From a virus, in the IMG/VR virus record IMGVR_UViG_3300010354_000001, positions 49,975-113,974 of that record: a DNA stretch of 64,000 nt. One strand, written 5' to 3'. This document shows positions 37,851-47,044 of the stretch, piece by piece (within the stretch, counting starts at the first letter, position 1; each line of letters starts with the position of its first letter). The notes under the pieces were generated by a model that ran no database searches, was not told the origin of the DNA, and saw only the letters and a program-made list of their open reading frames with translations. Made by a program: the position numbers and the translations under genes.

Positions 37851-38364
37851 TGATTAACTGCTCATGTATTGGCTTTGAGAAGTCTAATTTCTTAGTCTTC
37901 CCTTTCTTGTATTCAGAGATTCCCCTTTCTATAACAGACTCTAAGTCATCCCCAAATAATATCTCTGCTATCTTTGGTTTAAAGTAATCTTTACCTTTAC
38001 CGACTTTCCCATCTTCCCTAAACACAGGTTTACCGTCTTCTAGCTTAGATAGATTAGAGTCTTTAACTTCCTCGAAACATCTTTCTAGTATCTCTACAGC
38101 TTTATCTCCATAGCCAGCATCTTCTAATACTTGCAGACCTATATTAAAAGCTACAAAGGCTACATCACATACACCATCTATGGTCTCTACTAAACATTCT
38201 TTGTTGTAGGCAGTGTCTACCACAGACCAAAGATAAGAATTAAGCCCTTGGCTCAGTTCTCCTACTTCCTCATCTAAATACCTTAGATGATCTTGTGCTG
38301 ATTTTAAAGGATCTGGATTACCTACTCTTACTATCTTATCTATAAACTGTTTAATTTTTTTCAT
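37834..38364 (-). CDS. MazG-like NTP pyrophosphohydrolase (PRA-PH/dUTPase-like)
   Basis: EEVGE, DGVCD, EV.DSNLSK..DGKP.FREDGKV.KG..YF.P. Confidence 0.85.
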   Translation of the reverse strand: MKKIKQFIDKIVRVGNPDPLKSAQDHLRYLDEEVGELSQGLNSYLWSVVDTAYNKECLVETIDGVCDVAFVAFNIGLQVLEDAGYGDKAVEILERCFEEVKDSNLSKLEDGKPVFREDGKVGKGKDYFKPKIAEILFGDDLESVIERGISEYKKGKTKKLDFSKPIHEQLINESNR

Positions 38365-38372
38365 GTAATCGC

Positions 38373-38711
38373 CTATCCTCTCATGTCTTTAATCTCATAA
38401 TCCTTAGAGTTCCAACCACGCTCTCTTTGTCGGTTAGCATAATCGTGAAGATAATCATAAATATATATGTCTTCTGTAATGTCTCCTGTTGTTACATCTA
38501 TAACTAGACACCCTGCGTACACATCTGATATAACAAAGCAGTTATCTCTTCTATGTACGAACTGGCACAAATGATTCTTTAGGTAATTTAAACCGCCCCA
38601 AATCTTAGGTCTTTTACCCCAGCTAAAATTGCTACCAGTTCTACCTCTAGAGAATAGTCCAGTCTTTGGATTGAGTATTGCGTAGCCTTTTAGTGTTATT
38701 GGAAATTGCAT
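38373..38711 (-). CDS. Hypothetical protein
   Basis: 112-aa ORF. Confidence 0.7.
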   Translation of the reverse strand: MQFPITLKGYAILNPKTGLFSRGRTGSNFSWGKRPKIWGGLNYLKNHLCQFVHRRDNCFVISDVYAGCLVIDVTTGDITEDIYIYDYLHDYANRQRERGWNSKDYEIKDMRG

Positions 38712-38713
38712 TG

Positions 38714-38932
38714 CTAATCATCCATCTTTTCTATGAGTTGAGCTATAAATAAAAACACTCCACCGCATACTAACATCACTAATCCTATAAACGCTGTAAC
38801 CAAGAAGATTACTAAACCTATAGCTAATTTAAGAAGTGCAATTCCTATAGCTATTCCTATTAAAAGTAATATTATATCTGCCCATAAAGGAAATATAGTT
38901 AGACTGTCTATTAAAGTTATTAAGTTATCCAC
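38714..38932 (-). CDS. Small membrane protein
   Basis: Highly hydrophobic 72-aa ORF. Confidence 0.65.
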   Translation of the reverse strand: MDNLITLIDSLTIFPLWADIILLLIGIAIGIALLKLAIGLVIFLVTAFIGLVMLVCGGVFLFIAQLIEKMDD

Positions 38933-39912
38933 TATTTCTTACCTTTCTTCTCTACACTTGCCCTAGCTTCTTGAGGAGTGAAGTTAGTGCCATAAATAGC
39001 ATTTATGTGCTCCAGCACTCTCTCTAGAGGCTGTTTAACACTATTCATCATGCAGTATTGCCCTATGATATGCATTAATGCTTTGTTTTGATTGTTCTCT
39101 ATGGTCTGCATTGGCATTACTGTCGCTATAGTATCTAGTACATGCTGATAGTCAGCAGGACTTAATCTGAAACTTAGATCTACGTGAGTTTTGTTTTTAG
39201 TCTTAACCTCTTCCTCTTCTTCCTCTACGAACTCTTCAGGAGTCATATACTTGGCCACAAAAGCTCTAATCTCCCTAACTGAATGAGTAGCTATGTAGTC
39301 TAGTATCTCATCCTTATTATCATTTCTTATGATGTCGGCTACAAGCACACACTTCATGTAAGATTTAACCCTAAGCATATCTTTTCTAGTTACGCCTGCT
39401 GCTGAGAACTTTCTATAGATCGTTATGTAGTGATAAGCTTTCTTGTGTTCTAACTCCCCCATAATATCTATGATATATGCTTTAAAGGCATTAGCTCCAG
39501 TACCCACATACTTGCCTTCATATCTGGAGTTTTCGTAAAGTTTGTTTTCTTGAACTAAGGATAACATACCCCCCACGTCAAAGTAAGTCTGGTAAAGAGT
39601 CTCTATTTGATTTTCTAAACTATCTAATAAATCATCCTCTGAAATAGAATCTAGCTCTTGATCTAAGAACTTATCTACTTCTTTAGGTAGTATAGAATCT
39701 TCGGTTGTGGGTTGTGTGATTACGAACTGCCCAGTAGTTTCTACTTCTTCAAAAAGAACCCATCCTGGTTCTCCATCATCATTCCTTACTTCTATTTGAT
39801 CTTCTGCGATAGAGACAACTGTCAAGATATCCCCTTTAGTATAGATCATATCTTTCTCTTCTACGCCTTCTGCGTATCCTTTGAATTTTAGTATTTCGCC
39901 TTTAGCTACCAT
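38932..39912 (-). CDS. Hypothetical protein (SH3-like N-terminus)
   Basis: YTKGDILTV....GEPGWV pattern; acidic linkers. Confidence 0.7.
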   Translation of the reverse strand: MVAKGEILKFKGYAEGVEEKDMIYTKGDILTVVSIAEDQIEVRNDDGEPGWVLFEEVETTGQFVITQPTTEDSILPKEVDKFLDQELDSISEDDLLDSLENQIETLYQTYFDVGGMLSLVQENKLYENSRYEGKYVGTGANAFKAYIIDIMGELEHKKAYHYITIYRKFSAAGVTRKDMLRVKSYMKCVLVADIIRNDNKDEILDYIATHSVREIRAFVAKYMTPEEFVEEEEEEVKTKNKTHVDLSFRLSPADYQHVLDTIATVMPMQTIENNQNKALMHIIGQYCMMNSVKQPLERVLEHINAIYGTNFTPQEARASVEKKGKK

Positions 39913-40309
39913 GTTTCTTTCTCCCTGAAATCAATTCTAATAAGTATTTTGCATCTATTACAGCTAGTGGTTGCCTTCTATTCTTCTTCATTATTAATAG
40001 AGGCTCCATTGGGCTAGATGTCTTTTTATTTACCTTTGTACAGTTTACTACTGCTTGCTCAAAGGCTGCCCAAACATTTAACTTCTCTACATTTTTGCAC
40101 TCAAATGAGAAAGGTATTAGCTTTCTAGCAGCAGGAGAGAGTTTTATGTCCTCCCCTGACTCCCCCATTATAGCACAGGTAACATCGTCTGGTTCTAGGG
40201 AAGGGAATATCTCCCTTAGGGTATCCCTAACCCAGTCCTGTAAGGCTCTGCCTTTTGCTTTTCGTGAACTTGGAGTCATACTGAAAAACACCTCGCCACA
40301 TAAGGGCAT
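39902..40309 (-). CDS. PD-(D/E)XK nuclease, Holliday-junction-resolvase-like (likely start 40279)
   Basis: KAKGR.LQ.WV, GESGEDI.LSPAAR, FECKNVEKLN.W. Confidence 0.75.
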   Translation of the reverse strand: MPLCGEVFFSMTPSSRKAKGRALQDWVRDTLREIFPSLEPDDVTCAIMGESGEDIKLSPAARKLIPFSFECKNVEKLNVWAAFEQAVVNCTKVNKKTSSPMEPLLIMKKNRRQPLAVIDAKYLLELISGRKKHGS

Positions 40310-41181
40310 GTCTTAGCTTTAGAGCAAGAATCTGTTAAGCAGTGAGTTCTTGGCGGAATAGTCTTTGCTTGTATAGACTCTATAGCTAATTTTGACTCTT
40401 CTAGTAAACCTCTAACCTCTGTCTCATAGTCTAGCATAGGTGTTACAAATTCACGATACATGGAATCGTAATTATATTGCTTTTCTTTATCGTGCTTTGA
40501 TCTCCAGTCTTTACAGACATACACTATCTGCCCATACTGGTTTATGTCTAATTTGTTTTCTTTAATAAAAGGTAAAGTTCCTAGCCTATAAACATAAGGT
40601 AAAACTTGTTCTTTATGTTCTTTTAGTGCGTGGATTTTATTAGGAGCTTTCAGAAAATGTAACTCCCAGTTTTTAGAGGATATGGATTTAATCTCTACTA
40701 CTGTAAGCTTTCCATTCTTATCTAGGAATACCCAGTCTGGATGTCCTTTGATTTTATTTTCTTTATCCCATAGGTCTATCTCTCGGAAATTAACTAGCTT
40801 GTCAGACTCTTCCCCAAACCTTAACTCTAAAGTCTCCATTATGTTCAAATCTTTATTAAATACTTCATAGGTATGCTTGCCATACAAAACTCTATTCCAC
40901 ATACCTAGAACTTTGGTTATAGACATTTGCGTTAATAACTGCTCTCTCACATGCTCTTCTATAGCTCTGCCCATTTTAAAAGTAACTCTAGTGTTAGAGG
41001 CTACGTACTGAGCTGATCTGATTTTATTTTTATGCTGGTTAGTAAAATAGTATTCTCTTGCACATAACTTAGATAGTGCAGAAACATTAACAAACTCTGG
41101 GTTTGCTCTAGACTGAGATAATGCAATCTCTTTGTCTGCGTTTTTTAAGATGTCTACTATGCTTGTGAGTGGCTTATCCAT
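40276..41181 (-). CDS. Cas4-like PD-(D/E)XK exonuclease
   Basis: C.R, GHPD, VVEIKS, H..Q...Y, C-terminal Cys cluster. Confidence 0.75.
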   Translation of the reverse strand: MDKPLTSIVDILKNADKEIALSQSRANPEFVNVSALSKLCAREYYFTNQHKNKIRSAQYVASNTRVTFKMGRAIEEHVREQLLTQMSITKVLGMWNRVLYGKHTYEVFNKDLNIMETLELRFGEESDKLVNFREIDLWDKENKIKGHPDWVFLDKNGKLTVVEIKSISSKNWELHFLKAPNKIHALKEHKEQVLPYVYRLGTLPFIKENKLDINQYGQIVYVCKDWRSKHDKEKQYNYDSMYREFVTPMLDYETEVRGLLEESKLAIESIQAKTIPPRTHCLTDSCSKAKTCPYVARCFSV

Positions 41182-41663
41182 GGTAATACTTCAGACAAAA
41201 ATATACTTTCCTCGAAAAAGAAAAATATACGTCCGTTCATATTAAATAATAGCACATCTGGAAAATTTTTATTAATTAATATAGACTTTTTATTTGCAGT
41301 TATTAGGGGTGTGTTAAGTTGGAATTTAGTGATTACTTCTTCAGGTAAAGTAAACATCTCTAAAACATAAACTTTCCTTATACTTTCCCCTAGAAAATCT
41401 ATCTGCATACAAGGCAGCTCTGCACACGTTAAAGCTTGCTCTTTTATCTTATCTATTACTTTATGTGTTAGGACATACTCGGGCTTCTCTGTAGCTTTGC
41501 ACTCTATCCTAAGTAAGCCTTTGAGCCTTATGTCGCCCTTGATCTCCTTAGCTCCTGAAGCTGGGGTGTTCTTGCCCCCTACTAGATTAGCTACTCTGCG
41601 TTCTTGCTTTGGAGAGTAGTTCGCTGCCTTATGTTTCCTGTTCTGTCCCTTTGGATACTTCAC
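41157..41663 (-). CDS. Holliday junction resolvase-like nuclease (start near 41634-41663)
   Basis: QERRVA...GG..TPASGA...KGD....IECKAT. Confidence 0.75.
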   Translation of the reverse strand: MKYPKGQNRKHKAANYSPKQERRVANLVGGKNTPASGAKEIKGDIRLKGLLRIECKATEKPEYVLTHKVIDKIKEQALTCAELPCMQIDFLGESIRKVYVLEMFTLPEEVITKFQLNTPLITANKKSILINKNFPDVLLFNMNGRIFFFFEESIFLSEVLPWISHSQA

Positions 41664-42855
41664 TCTGTCTCAACCCCCCTAGTAGATCAACTCCCACATA
41701 CTCTAGCATGAAGTCTGGCTCTGCTTCATTATATGCAGACTTACCTATTCTTTCTCTATGTTTAGAGATTATTAGTGCTTTAAGTCTGGCGTACACATCT
41801 TGATTATTAAAGAGATATTTTTCTATCTCATCCATAGTCTTAAATGTGACATCATCTATGCCTATACCTAGAAGCTTTTGCTTATTAGCTCCGCCAGAAT
41901 GTATCCCAGCTTCCTTAGCTCTTCCAATAACACCTCTGAAATCATTTACCGTACCTCTAGTAAAAGGATCTTGATTACTCACATACATAGACCATTCTAT
42001 GCGTGACGGTTCCCCAAGTCCTAGTTTATTCTTTTCAAACCCTACACTAAAGTTCTTTAACTCTACAGCTTCGAGTCCTTCCCCACGTTCTCTTTTTAGT
42101 TTCCCTGTCTTTAAAACTAAATAAGAAAAATCTAATATTTTTTCTCCTCCAGCGATTCTATATGGATCACCTTTGAAACCTTTATCGAAATTAGCCCTTA
42201 AGTGATTAATCATTAATAATGTAGGCTTGTCTAGTCCTTTCTCATTTAATCCCCTAATTACAGCTTCATACTGTTGGCAGAAGGTAGTCATTACTTTTGC
42301 TGTAGAAGCTATAGTCCTGTCTTCTACACTCTTATCTAAAAGAGCTGCATCTGTCATTGCTGTTACTGAATCTATAATAATTAAAGATATTCTACCTGGA
42401 AATTCTTTTGCGTAGTCTACGATCAAATCCCCAGCCTGCTGCCCTGTCTCAGGCATTAGCACGACAAATGCGTTAGGATCCATATTAATGCCGTGTTCTA
42501 TAGCCTGATCTGGTATTAGATGACCCTCCATGTCAAAATAAATTATTATTTTATCTGGATACTTTTTTTGAGCTTCTGCTGCTAGTTTTTGGCATAGGGT
42601 AGATTTCCCAGATTCCCTTAAGCCTACTAACATAGTAGGAACATGCTCTGGTATTCCCCCACCTGTGTAATAGTCAAGCTCAAACACTCCTGTAGGTATT
42701 CTCTTTCTTTCCATTACTAAGTCTCTGTTACTTAAGTCTTTTTTGTAACCGCAACGCTTATTATAGGTTGCGTTCATCGCAGCTAACATATCTGCATTTT
42801 TATGTACTTTTACGTTGAGTACATCTATAGATTTTTCAGGTTCTTTCTTGGTCAT
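41629..42855 (-). CDS. recA: RecA/UvsX-like recombinase (start ATG 42855)
   Basis: IPTG..ELD...GGGIP, GLRESGKST, D.E, IIIDSV, INH.R, GG. Confidence 0.85.
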   Translation of the reverse strand: MTKKEPEKSIDVLNVKVHKNADMLAAMNATYNKRCGYKKDLSNRDLVMERKRIPTGVFELDYYTGGGIPEHVPTMLVGLRESGKSTLCQKLAAEAQKKYPDKIIIYFDMEGHLIPDQAIEHGINMDPNAFVVLMPETGQQAGDLIVDYAKEFPGRISLIIIDSVTAMTDAALLDKSVEDRTIASTAKVMTTFCQQYEAVIRGLNEKGLDKPTLLMINHLRANFDKGFKGDPYRIAGGEKILDFSYLVLKTGKLKRERGEGLEAVELKNFSVGFEKNKLGLGEPSRIEWSMYVSNQDPFTRGTVNDFRGVIGRAKEAGIHSGGANKQKLLGIGIDDVTFKTMDEIEKYLFNNQDVYARLKALIISKHRERIGKSAYNEAEPDFMLEYVGVDLLGGLRQSEVSKGTEQET

Positions 42856-42861
42856 ACACCT
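42832..42861. repeat. 30-bp direct repeat, left copy (recA 5' end)
   Basis: TTTTTCAGGTTCTTTCTTGGTCATACACCT identical to 46995-47024. Confidence 0.9.
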
Positions 42862-42958
42862 TTTATTATAACACAAATGTATTAGCTATTTACAAGTTGT
42901 GAAATTGCTAAAAATAAATGGTAAGTACCCCTTAGAGTATAGTATAATAAATCTCTAT

Positions 42959-43087
42959 ATGGGATATACGATTCAAGATTTCAATAAAGAATTTCCAGAT
43001 AACGATTCTTGTTTACAGTATTTGTTTAATCGAGGAAGTCTGAGAGTCCTTTGTTTTTGGGATTGGTTGAGAAGCTTTTTTAAGTAG
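42959..43087 (+). pseudogene. Truncated IS1595-family transposase N-terminus
   Basis: MGYTIQDFNKEFPDNDSCLQYL matches the 'F...FP....C..YL' start of IS1595 transposases; truncated before the zinc ribbon. Confidence 0.65.
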
Positions 43088-43129
43088 TTGGTGAAAAGTT
43101 GGCATGTAGGACATTGTATAATATAGTTA

Positions 43130-44197
43130 GTGCCTATGAGCTTTATAAACTATATACATAACGGGGATACTTTAGAGCATCTAAAATCTTTGCCTAATGA
43201 GTGCGTTGATCTTGTAGTGTCCTCTCCTCCATATAATATTGGTAAGGAATACGAGAGCAGAGTAGCTTTAGGTAAATACTTAGCCCAACAAGAAGAGGTT
43301 CTAAAAGAGTGCGTGCGAGTATTAAAGAGTTCTGGATCTATTTTTTGGCAAATAGGGGCTTTCGTTGATAATGGTGCTTTTTATCCTTTAGATGTAAAGT
43401 TTTTTAATATACTAGAATCACTAGACTTAAACCCTGTAAACAGAATAATATGGGCTAAGCAGCACGGGCTTCATGCGAGAAATAAATTTTCTTGCAGGCA
43501 TGAAACTATACTCTGGTTTTCAAAAACTAAAGAGTATAGATTCTACTTAGATAACATAAGAGTGCCCCAGAAATATCAAAACAAAAAACATTTTAGAGGG
43601 GATAATAAAGGTACATTATCCTGTAACCCAGAAGGAAAAAACCCTGGAGATATATGGGTATTCAGGAATGTAAAACACAATCACGAAGAGCAGACTATAC
43701 ACCCTTGTCAGTTTCCAGAAGATATGATTACACGCATAATACTCTCTACCACTGAGCCTAATGATTTAGTCTTAGACCCTTACATGGGGACTGCCACCAC
43801 TGCTGTAGTAGCTAAAGACCTTGGGCGTTTATACACTGGTGCGGAGTTAAATGCTGACTATTTCGAGGTGTCTTTAAGAAGATTATCTGGACTTCCTGAT
43901 AAAGATGGACGGTTCGCTAATCTTAAATGCCTACGAAAACATGTAACTGAGACTGGCGAAGACGTAACAAAATACTCATTTGATCAACAAACCACAAAAA
44001 CCCCCTCTATGTCCTCTAAAATATTTGGTGAAGAGTACCATCTAGAAGAATTATACGAGAGGTTATCTTATGAAAATGACTGTTTTGTTAATAAGCTAAA
44101 CGGGATGCCCCCTCCTGAGAACCTTAGATACGACAAGCTGAAACCTAGACCTGAAGATATTTATGAAAGACCCTTATTTAAAAAGCTTTCTCGATAG
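43130..44197 (+). CDS. Beta-class amino (N4-C) DNA methyltransferase
   Basis: SSPPYN, HETILWF, HPCQFP, VLDPYMG...T. Confidence 0.9.
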   Translation: MPMSFINYIHNGDTLEHLKSLPNECVDLVVSSPPYNIGKEYESRVALGKYLAQQEEVLKECVRVLKSSGSIFWQIGAFVDNGAFYPLDVKFFNILESLDLNPVNRIIWAKQHGLHARNKFSCRHETILWFSKTKEYRFYLDNIRVPQKYQNKKHFRGDNKGTLSCNPEGKNPGDIWVFRNVKHNHEEQTIHPCQFPEDMITRIILSTTEPNDLVLDPYMGTATTAVVAKDLGRLYTGAELNADYFEVSLRRLSGLPDKDGRFANLKCLRKHVTETGEDVTKYSFDQQTTKTPSMSSKIFGEEYHLEELYERLSYENDCFVNKLNGMPPPENLRYDKLKPRPEDIYERPLFKKLSR

Positions 44198-44861
44198 TAA
44201 CCTTCCCGATACTGTCCTCATTGCGGCAATCCATCACATACTTACTTAAAGACCTACTGCTTACATCCCTAGAGTAGCGCTCAGATTTATAATCAGTCCA
44301 ATAGCACGGAATTTCAACCCCTACCGCACTGTCTATCCCAATAAGAGCGATAGGGCACTCAAATACGCTGTATTGGCTTAAGAAATTTACTTGCCTACAC
44401 GCTTGCTCATAGTACAAGGTGCTATTTGATGATGGGAACTTTTTCGCTTTGGTTATTATGCAGACTGCCATGACTTTATGCCCACAAAATAAGGTTTTCG
44501 ACTTGAAGAATAGCTCCGATCTTACTAGATTATTCAATAGGAAGGGGTAATTAGAGAATTGAACCTCTACAAGCAGCCCATTTTTAAAAAAATCTACATC
44601 TTTCCCTAGAAAATTATACTGCTCTGGGATTTTAGTATTACAAGACCAGCCTTTAGCTTGTAAATACTCTTTGATTGCAGCGTTGGTTCCTACTGTATCA
44701 AATATAGGCGAACCAACCTTGCCCCTCTGGTCGGATGCTTTAAAGTAAATGCTTAATTCTTGTGTGCAAGAGTAAACCTCTAACCAAGCCGCATTTAACT
44801 CGCCGATACTTTCTATTACGTACATGTAATCGTTATAGCTAGAAATAGATAGTATAGGCAC
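44178..44861 (-). CDS. Type II restriction endonuclease, BstYI/BglII family
   Basis: DVDF.K.GLLVEVQFSNYPFLLNN..RSELF (D...ExQ active site), SNSTLYYEQ. Confidence 0.85.
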   Translation of the reverse strand: MPILSISSYNDYMYVIESIGELNAAWLEVYSCTQELSIYFKASDQRGKVGSPIFDTVGTNAAIKEYLQAKGWSCNTKIPEQYNFLGKDVDFFKNGLLVEVQFSNYPFLLNNLVRSELFFKSKTLFCGHKVMAVCIITKAKKFPSSNSTLYYEQACRQVNFLSQYSVFECPIALIGIDSAVGVEIPCYWTDYKSERYSRDVSSRSLSKYVMDCRNEDSIGKVTIEKAF

Positions 44862-45071
44862 TTACAGTAAATCCACAGGCTGGAGACCAAGTGCCTTAGC
44901 AATCTTCTCAATGTTTAAAAGAGTAATATTCTTTTCTGCACGTTCAATCATGCCAATATAAGTACGATGAAGACCTGCACGCTCAGCTAACTCTTCTTGG
45001 GAGATGCCGAGTTTTAAACGCTCTTCTTTTACTCTATTGCCAAAAGCTTCTAGTATCTTCGACTTAGACAC
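44862..45071 (-). CDS. R-M controller (C) protein, XRE HTH
   Basis: SQEELA..AGLHRTYIG.IER.EKNITL.NI; directly upstream of REase; leaderless start. Confidence 0.9.
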   Translation of the reverse strand: MSKSKILEAFGNRVKEERLKLGISQEELAERAGLHRTYIGMIERAEKNITLLNIEKIAKALGLQPVDLL

Positions 45072-45094
45072 GAGTAAAAGTATAAAGTGTAGAT

Positions 45095-45120
45095 GACTAT
45101 GATTCTACATACTACGATTA
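45095..45120 (-). promoter_or_regulatory. C-box operator pair
   Basis: TAAT-CGT-AGTA-TGTA-GAAT-CAT-AGTC follows the GACT-N3-AGTC-TGTA-GACT-N3-AGTC architecture of PvuII-type C-boxes. Confidence 0.65.
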
Positions 45121-45138
45121 GCTACAAATGTATATGTT

Positions 45139-45603
45139 TTATAGTAAAGTTAAAATCCTGCTAGTTCCAGTAATAGTAGACCATTTTGCGTGTTCAGTGG
45201 ATACCAAAGACTCGACCCTCTCAGATAACATTACCCACGGCTCTAAAGAGCCAGTGTAAGCCCCTGCTTTACTGTTATATAGCTCTTTCTCGTGCCTTAA
45301 AGCCTCACAAGTTGAACGGTAGGTCATCCAGTTGTTCTGGTACTGATTTAAGTGTGATACAGATTCCAGTGTAGTAATAACTATCCCTAAGATGCTTAAT
45401 ACCGATATTATATATGCTGGGTCTATACTCAATCGTAATGCCCCTATGATTCCAATAGATGCTGAAATTAGTAATTGGGCAAATTTTATCTGTTTATAGC
45501 GTTTTTGGTTAAAAACGCTTTTACTGTCATACCAAGAAATTTGATTTTCTAGCCTTTCATAGGCTATTTGTTCAGGAAGTCTTGTATTGTCTGAATATTC
45601 CAT
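45139..45603 (-). CDS. SLATT/DUF4231 two-TM effector
   Basis: RLE.QI.WYD.KS, two TM helices, W..YRSTCE.LR.E..LY, ERVE.L.S.EH..W. Confidence 0.85.
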   Translation of the reverse strand: MEYSDNTRLPEQIAYERLENQISWYDSKSVFNQKRYKQIKFAQLLISASIGIIGALRLSIDPAYIISVLSILGIVITTLESVSHLNQYQNNWMTYRSTCEALRHEKELYNSKAGAYTGSLEPWVMLSERVESLVSTEHAKWSTITGTSRILTLL

Positions 45604-45956
45604 TTATAAATTGTACCCCCTAGCTCTTTGACAATACTCGGATGTACCACGCTTCCAACGGTGTCTTTCGTGGCTATGAATAGTATCGCATTGCCTTGTC
45701 TATGGGATTCCCTAACTTCCCACTCTACCCAATGACTACTTGCCGTAAACGAACTTACCAAGCATACAGTTTTAGATGATCTAGTTATTTTTTCCTTTAC
45801 CTTACTCTTAATATATGGTGCATTATCGCTATTAAAAGGGGTTTTAACAGACTCATCATAAAAATCAATATCTACGTTTGGATTAAGACCCAACAATCTA
45901 AAACCTCTTGCGTGGTCAATATCTTCATAAGTAAAACTCAAAAAAACTCTCTTCAT
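45564..45956 (-). CDS. TIR-domain protein (MTH538/ThsB-like)
   Basis: RVFLSF, YIK..I..S..TVCLV, S.WV.WEV catalytic Glu. Confidence 0.85.
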   Translation of the reverse strand: MKRVFLSFTYEDIDHARGFRLLGLNPNVDIDFYDESVKTPFNSDNAPYIKSKVKEKITRSSKTVCLVSSFTASSHWVEWEVRESHRQGNAILFIATKDTVGSVVHPSIVKELGGTIYKWNIQTIQDFLNK

Positions 45957-46090
45957 CGAAAGTATATTTTAGCTGAGTTGTTGGAGGTTTTGTCTATAAT
46001 AAAACCTAGTGGGTTAGTTTATCCATGTTGCTTCAAGGTCTGTTTTGTGACACCTTAATAGACCGCTCTTTTAAGAGCAAGGAGGTATTC

Positions 46091-46162
46091 ATGAGAACTG
46101 AATTAATTCACCTAGTGGTTAGTTTAATTTCTTTGATAAAAGCTATCATTGAGTTATTCTAA
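46091..46162 (+). CDS. 23-aa hydrophobic peptide, candidate type I toxin
   Basis: MRTELIHLVVSLISLIKAIIELF; AAGGAGGT RBS; TATAAT near 45995-46000; long hairpin 46169-46207. Confidence 0.5.
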   Translation: MRTELIHLVVSLISLIKAIIELF

Positions 46163-46293
46163 CCCCTACACAAGCTAACATATACAAAGGAATTTATGTT
46201 AGCTTGTATATTTATTGTAATACTGGTTAAAAACTATATTTCAGGGGTACTTACCTTAACTAATCCACCAAAAACTTTGTAACCTAGAATACT

Positions 46294-46881
46294 TTATGAC
46301 ATTCCCCAAGTTTTTAAGCGAAGCTTATCATTCTGTTCTTTTTGATGCTGAATCTCTTTTTTGATAAACAGGTCAAAAGTTTTACTACTAATCCAAGTCT
46401 TAGAGGCATAAAATTCTCTTATACGCTCCCGTATAATTTCTTGTACTTTACTTATCTGAACTTTTTCTCTCTCCTCAAGTTCGTAAGGCGTGGGGTCTGG
46501 AATATATATTTCTAATAATAAACCGTTAGCCGCATCCCTCTCATCCCTAACTTTATTATAATCTTCTACTATTTTAAGACTTTCTTCTACTAGGTTAAAC
46601 AGCTCTGTGTTCTTTAAAGTCAAATCTATAGCCTGAACCTTTTCCAAACCTTGCTCTTTTATATCGGATATACACCTAGTAAGCCAAAAGTTTATAAGAT
46701 AAAAATCTATAGCGAAGCATATAAAGAAGAAACACCAATTTATATTAATCGCTGCTTTTATAAATTGGTGAAAAAATGCTAATAGCGTTGTTAATATGAC
46801 ACTTAAAAACATCTTAAACCCCGCCAAATTTACTAACCAGTCTACTGTCTTCTCTATTAATTTCTCGAATAAAACCTTCAC
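46294..46881 (-). CDS. Hypothetical 2-TM membrane protein (island cargo)
   Basis: Between inner and outer right TIRs. Confidence 0.65.
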   Translation of the reverse strand: MKVLFEKLIEKTVDWLVNLAGFKMFLSVILTTLLAFFHQFIKAAININWCFFFICFAIDFYLINFWLTRCISDIKEQGLEKVQAIDLTLKNTELFNLVEESLKIVEDYNKVRDERDAANGLLLEIYIPDPTPYELEEREKVQISKVQEIIRERIREFYASKTWISSKTFDLFIKKEIQHQKEQNDKLRLKTWGMS

Positions 46882-46994
46882 AGATAATCATTATAAACCT
46901 CTCTAGCTAAACTATACTCAAAGGGATACTTACCTTAAAGTTTTCTTTTTCTGAATCACCCCTTATAGGGCATTGCGATAGCTTCCTTTACAGC

Positions 46995-47024
46995 TTTTTC
47001 AGGTTCTTTCTTGGTCATACACCT
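46995..47024. repeat. 30-bp direct repeat, right copy
   Basis: Identical to 42832-42861; opens a short MTKKEPEK... ORF. Confidence 0.9.
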
Positions 47025-47044
47025 GTAATTATAGCATGTTTGTG

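Larger units (their letters stand above)
42920..46934 (+). mobile_element. IS1595-like non-autonomous cargo element
   Basis: TIR GGTAAGTACCCCTTAGAGTATAGT (42920-42943) vs 46911-46934 (22/24) and an inner right end 46233-46255; transposase N-terminal remnant. Confidence 0.75.

Noticed and set aside
40276-41181. Cas4-like gene as evidence of CRISPR-Cas
   Set aside because: No cas1/cas2 or array; stand-alone Cas4-like nucleases are common in phage recombination modules
42912-46942. Target-site duplication around the IS1595-like island
   Set aside because: Left flank AAATAAAT matches neither right flank (TTAACTAA, TTAAAGTT)
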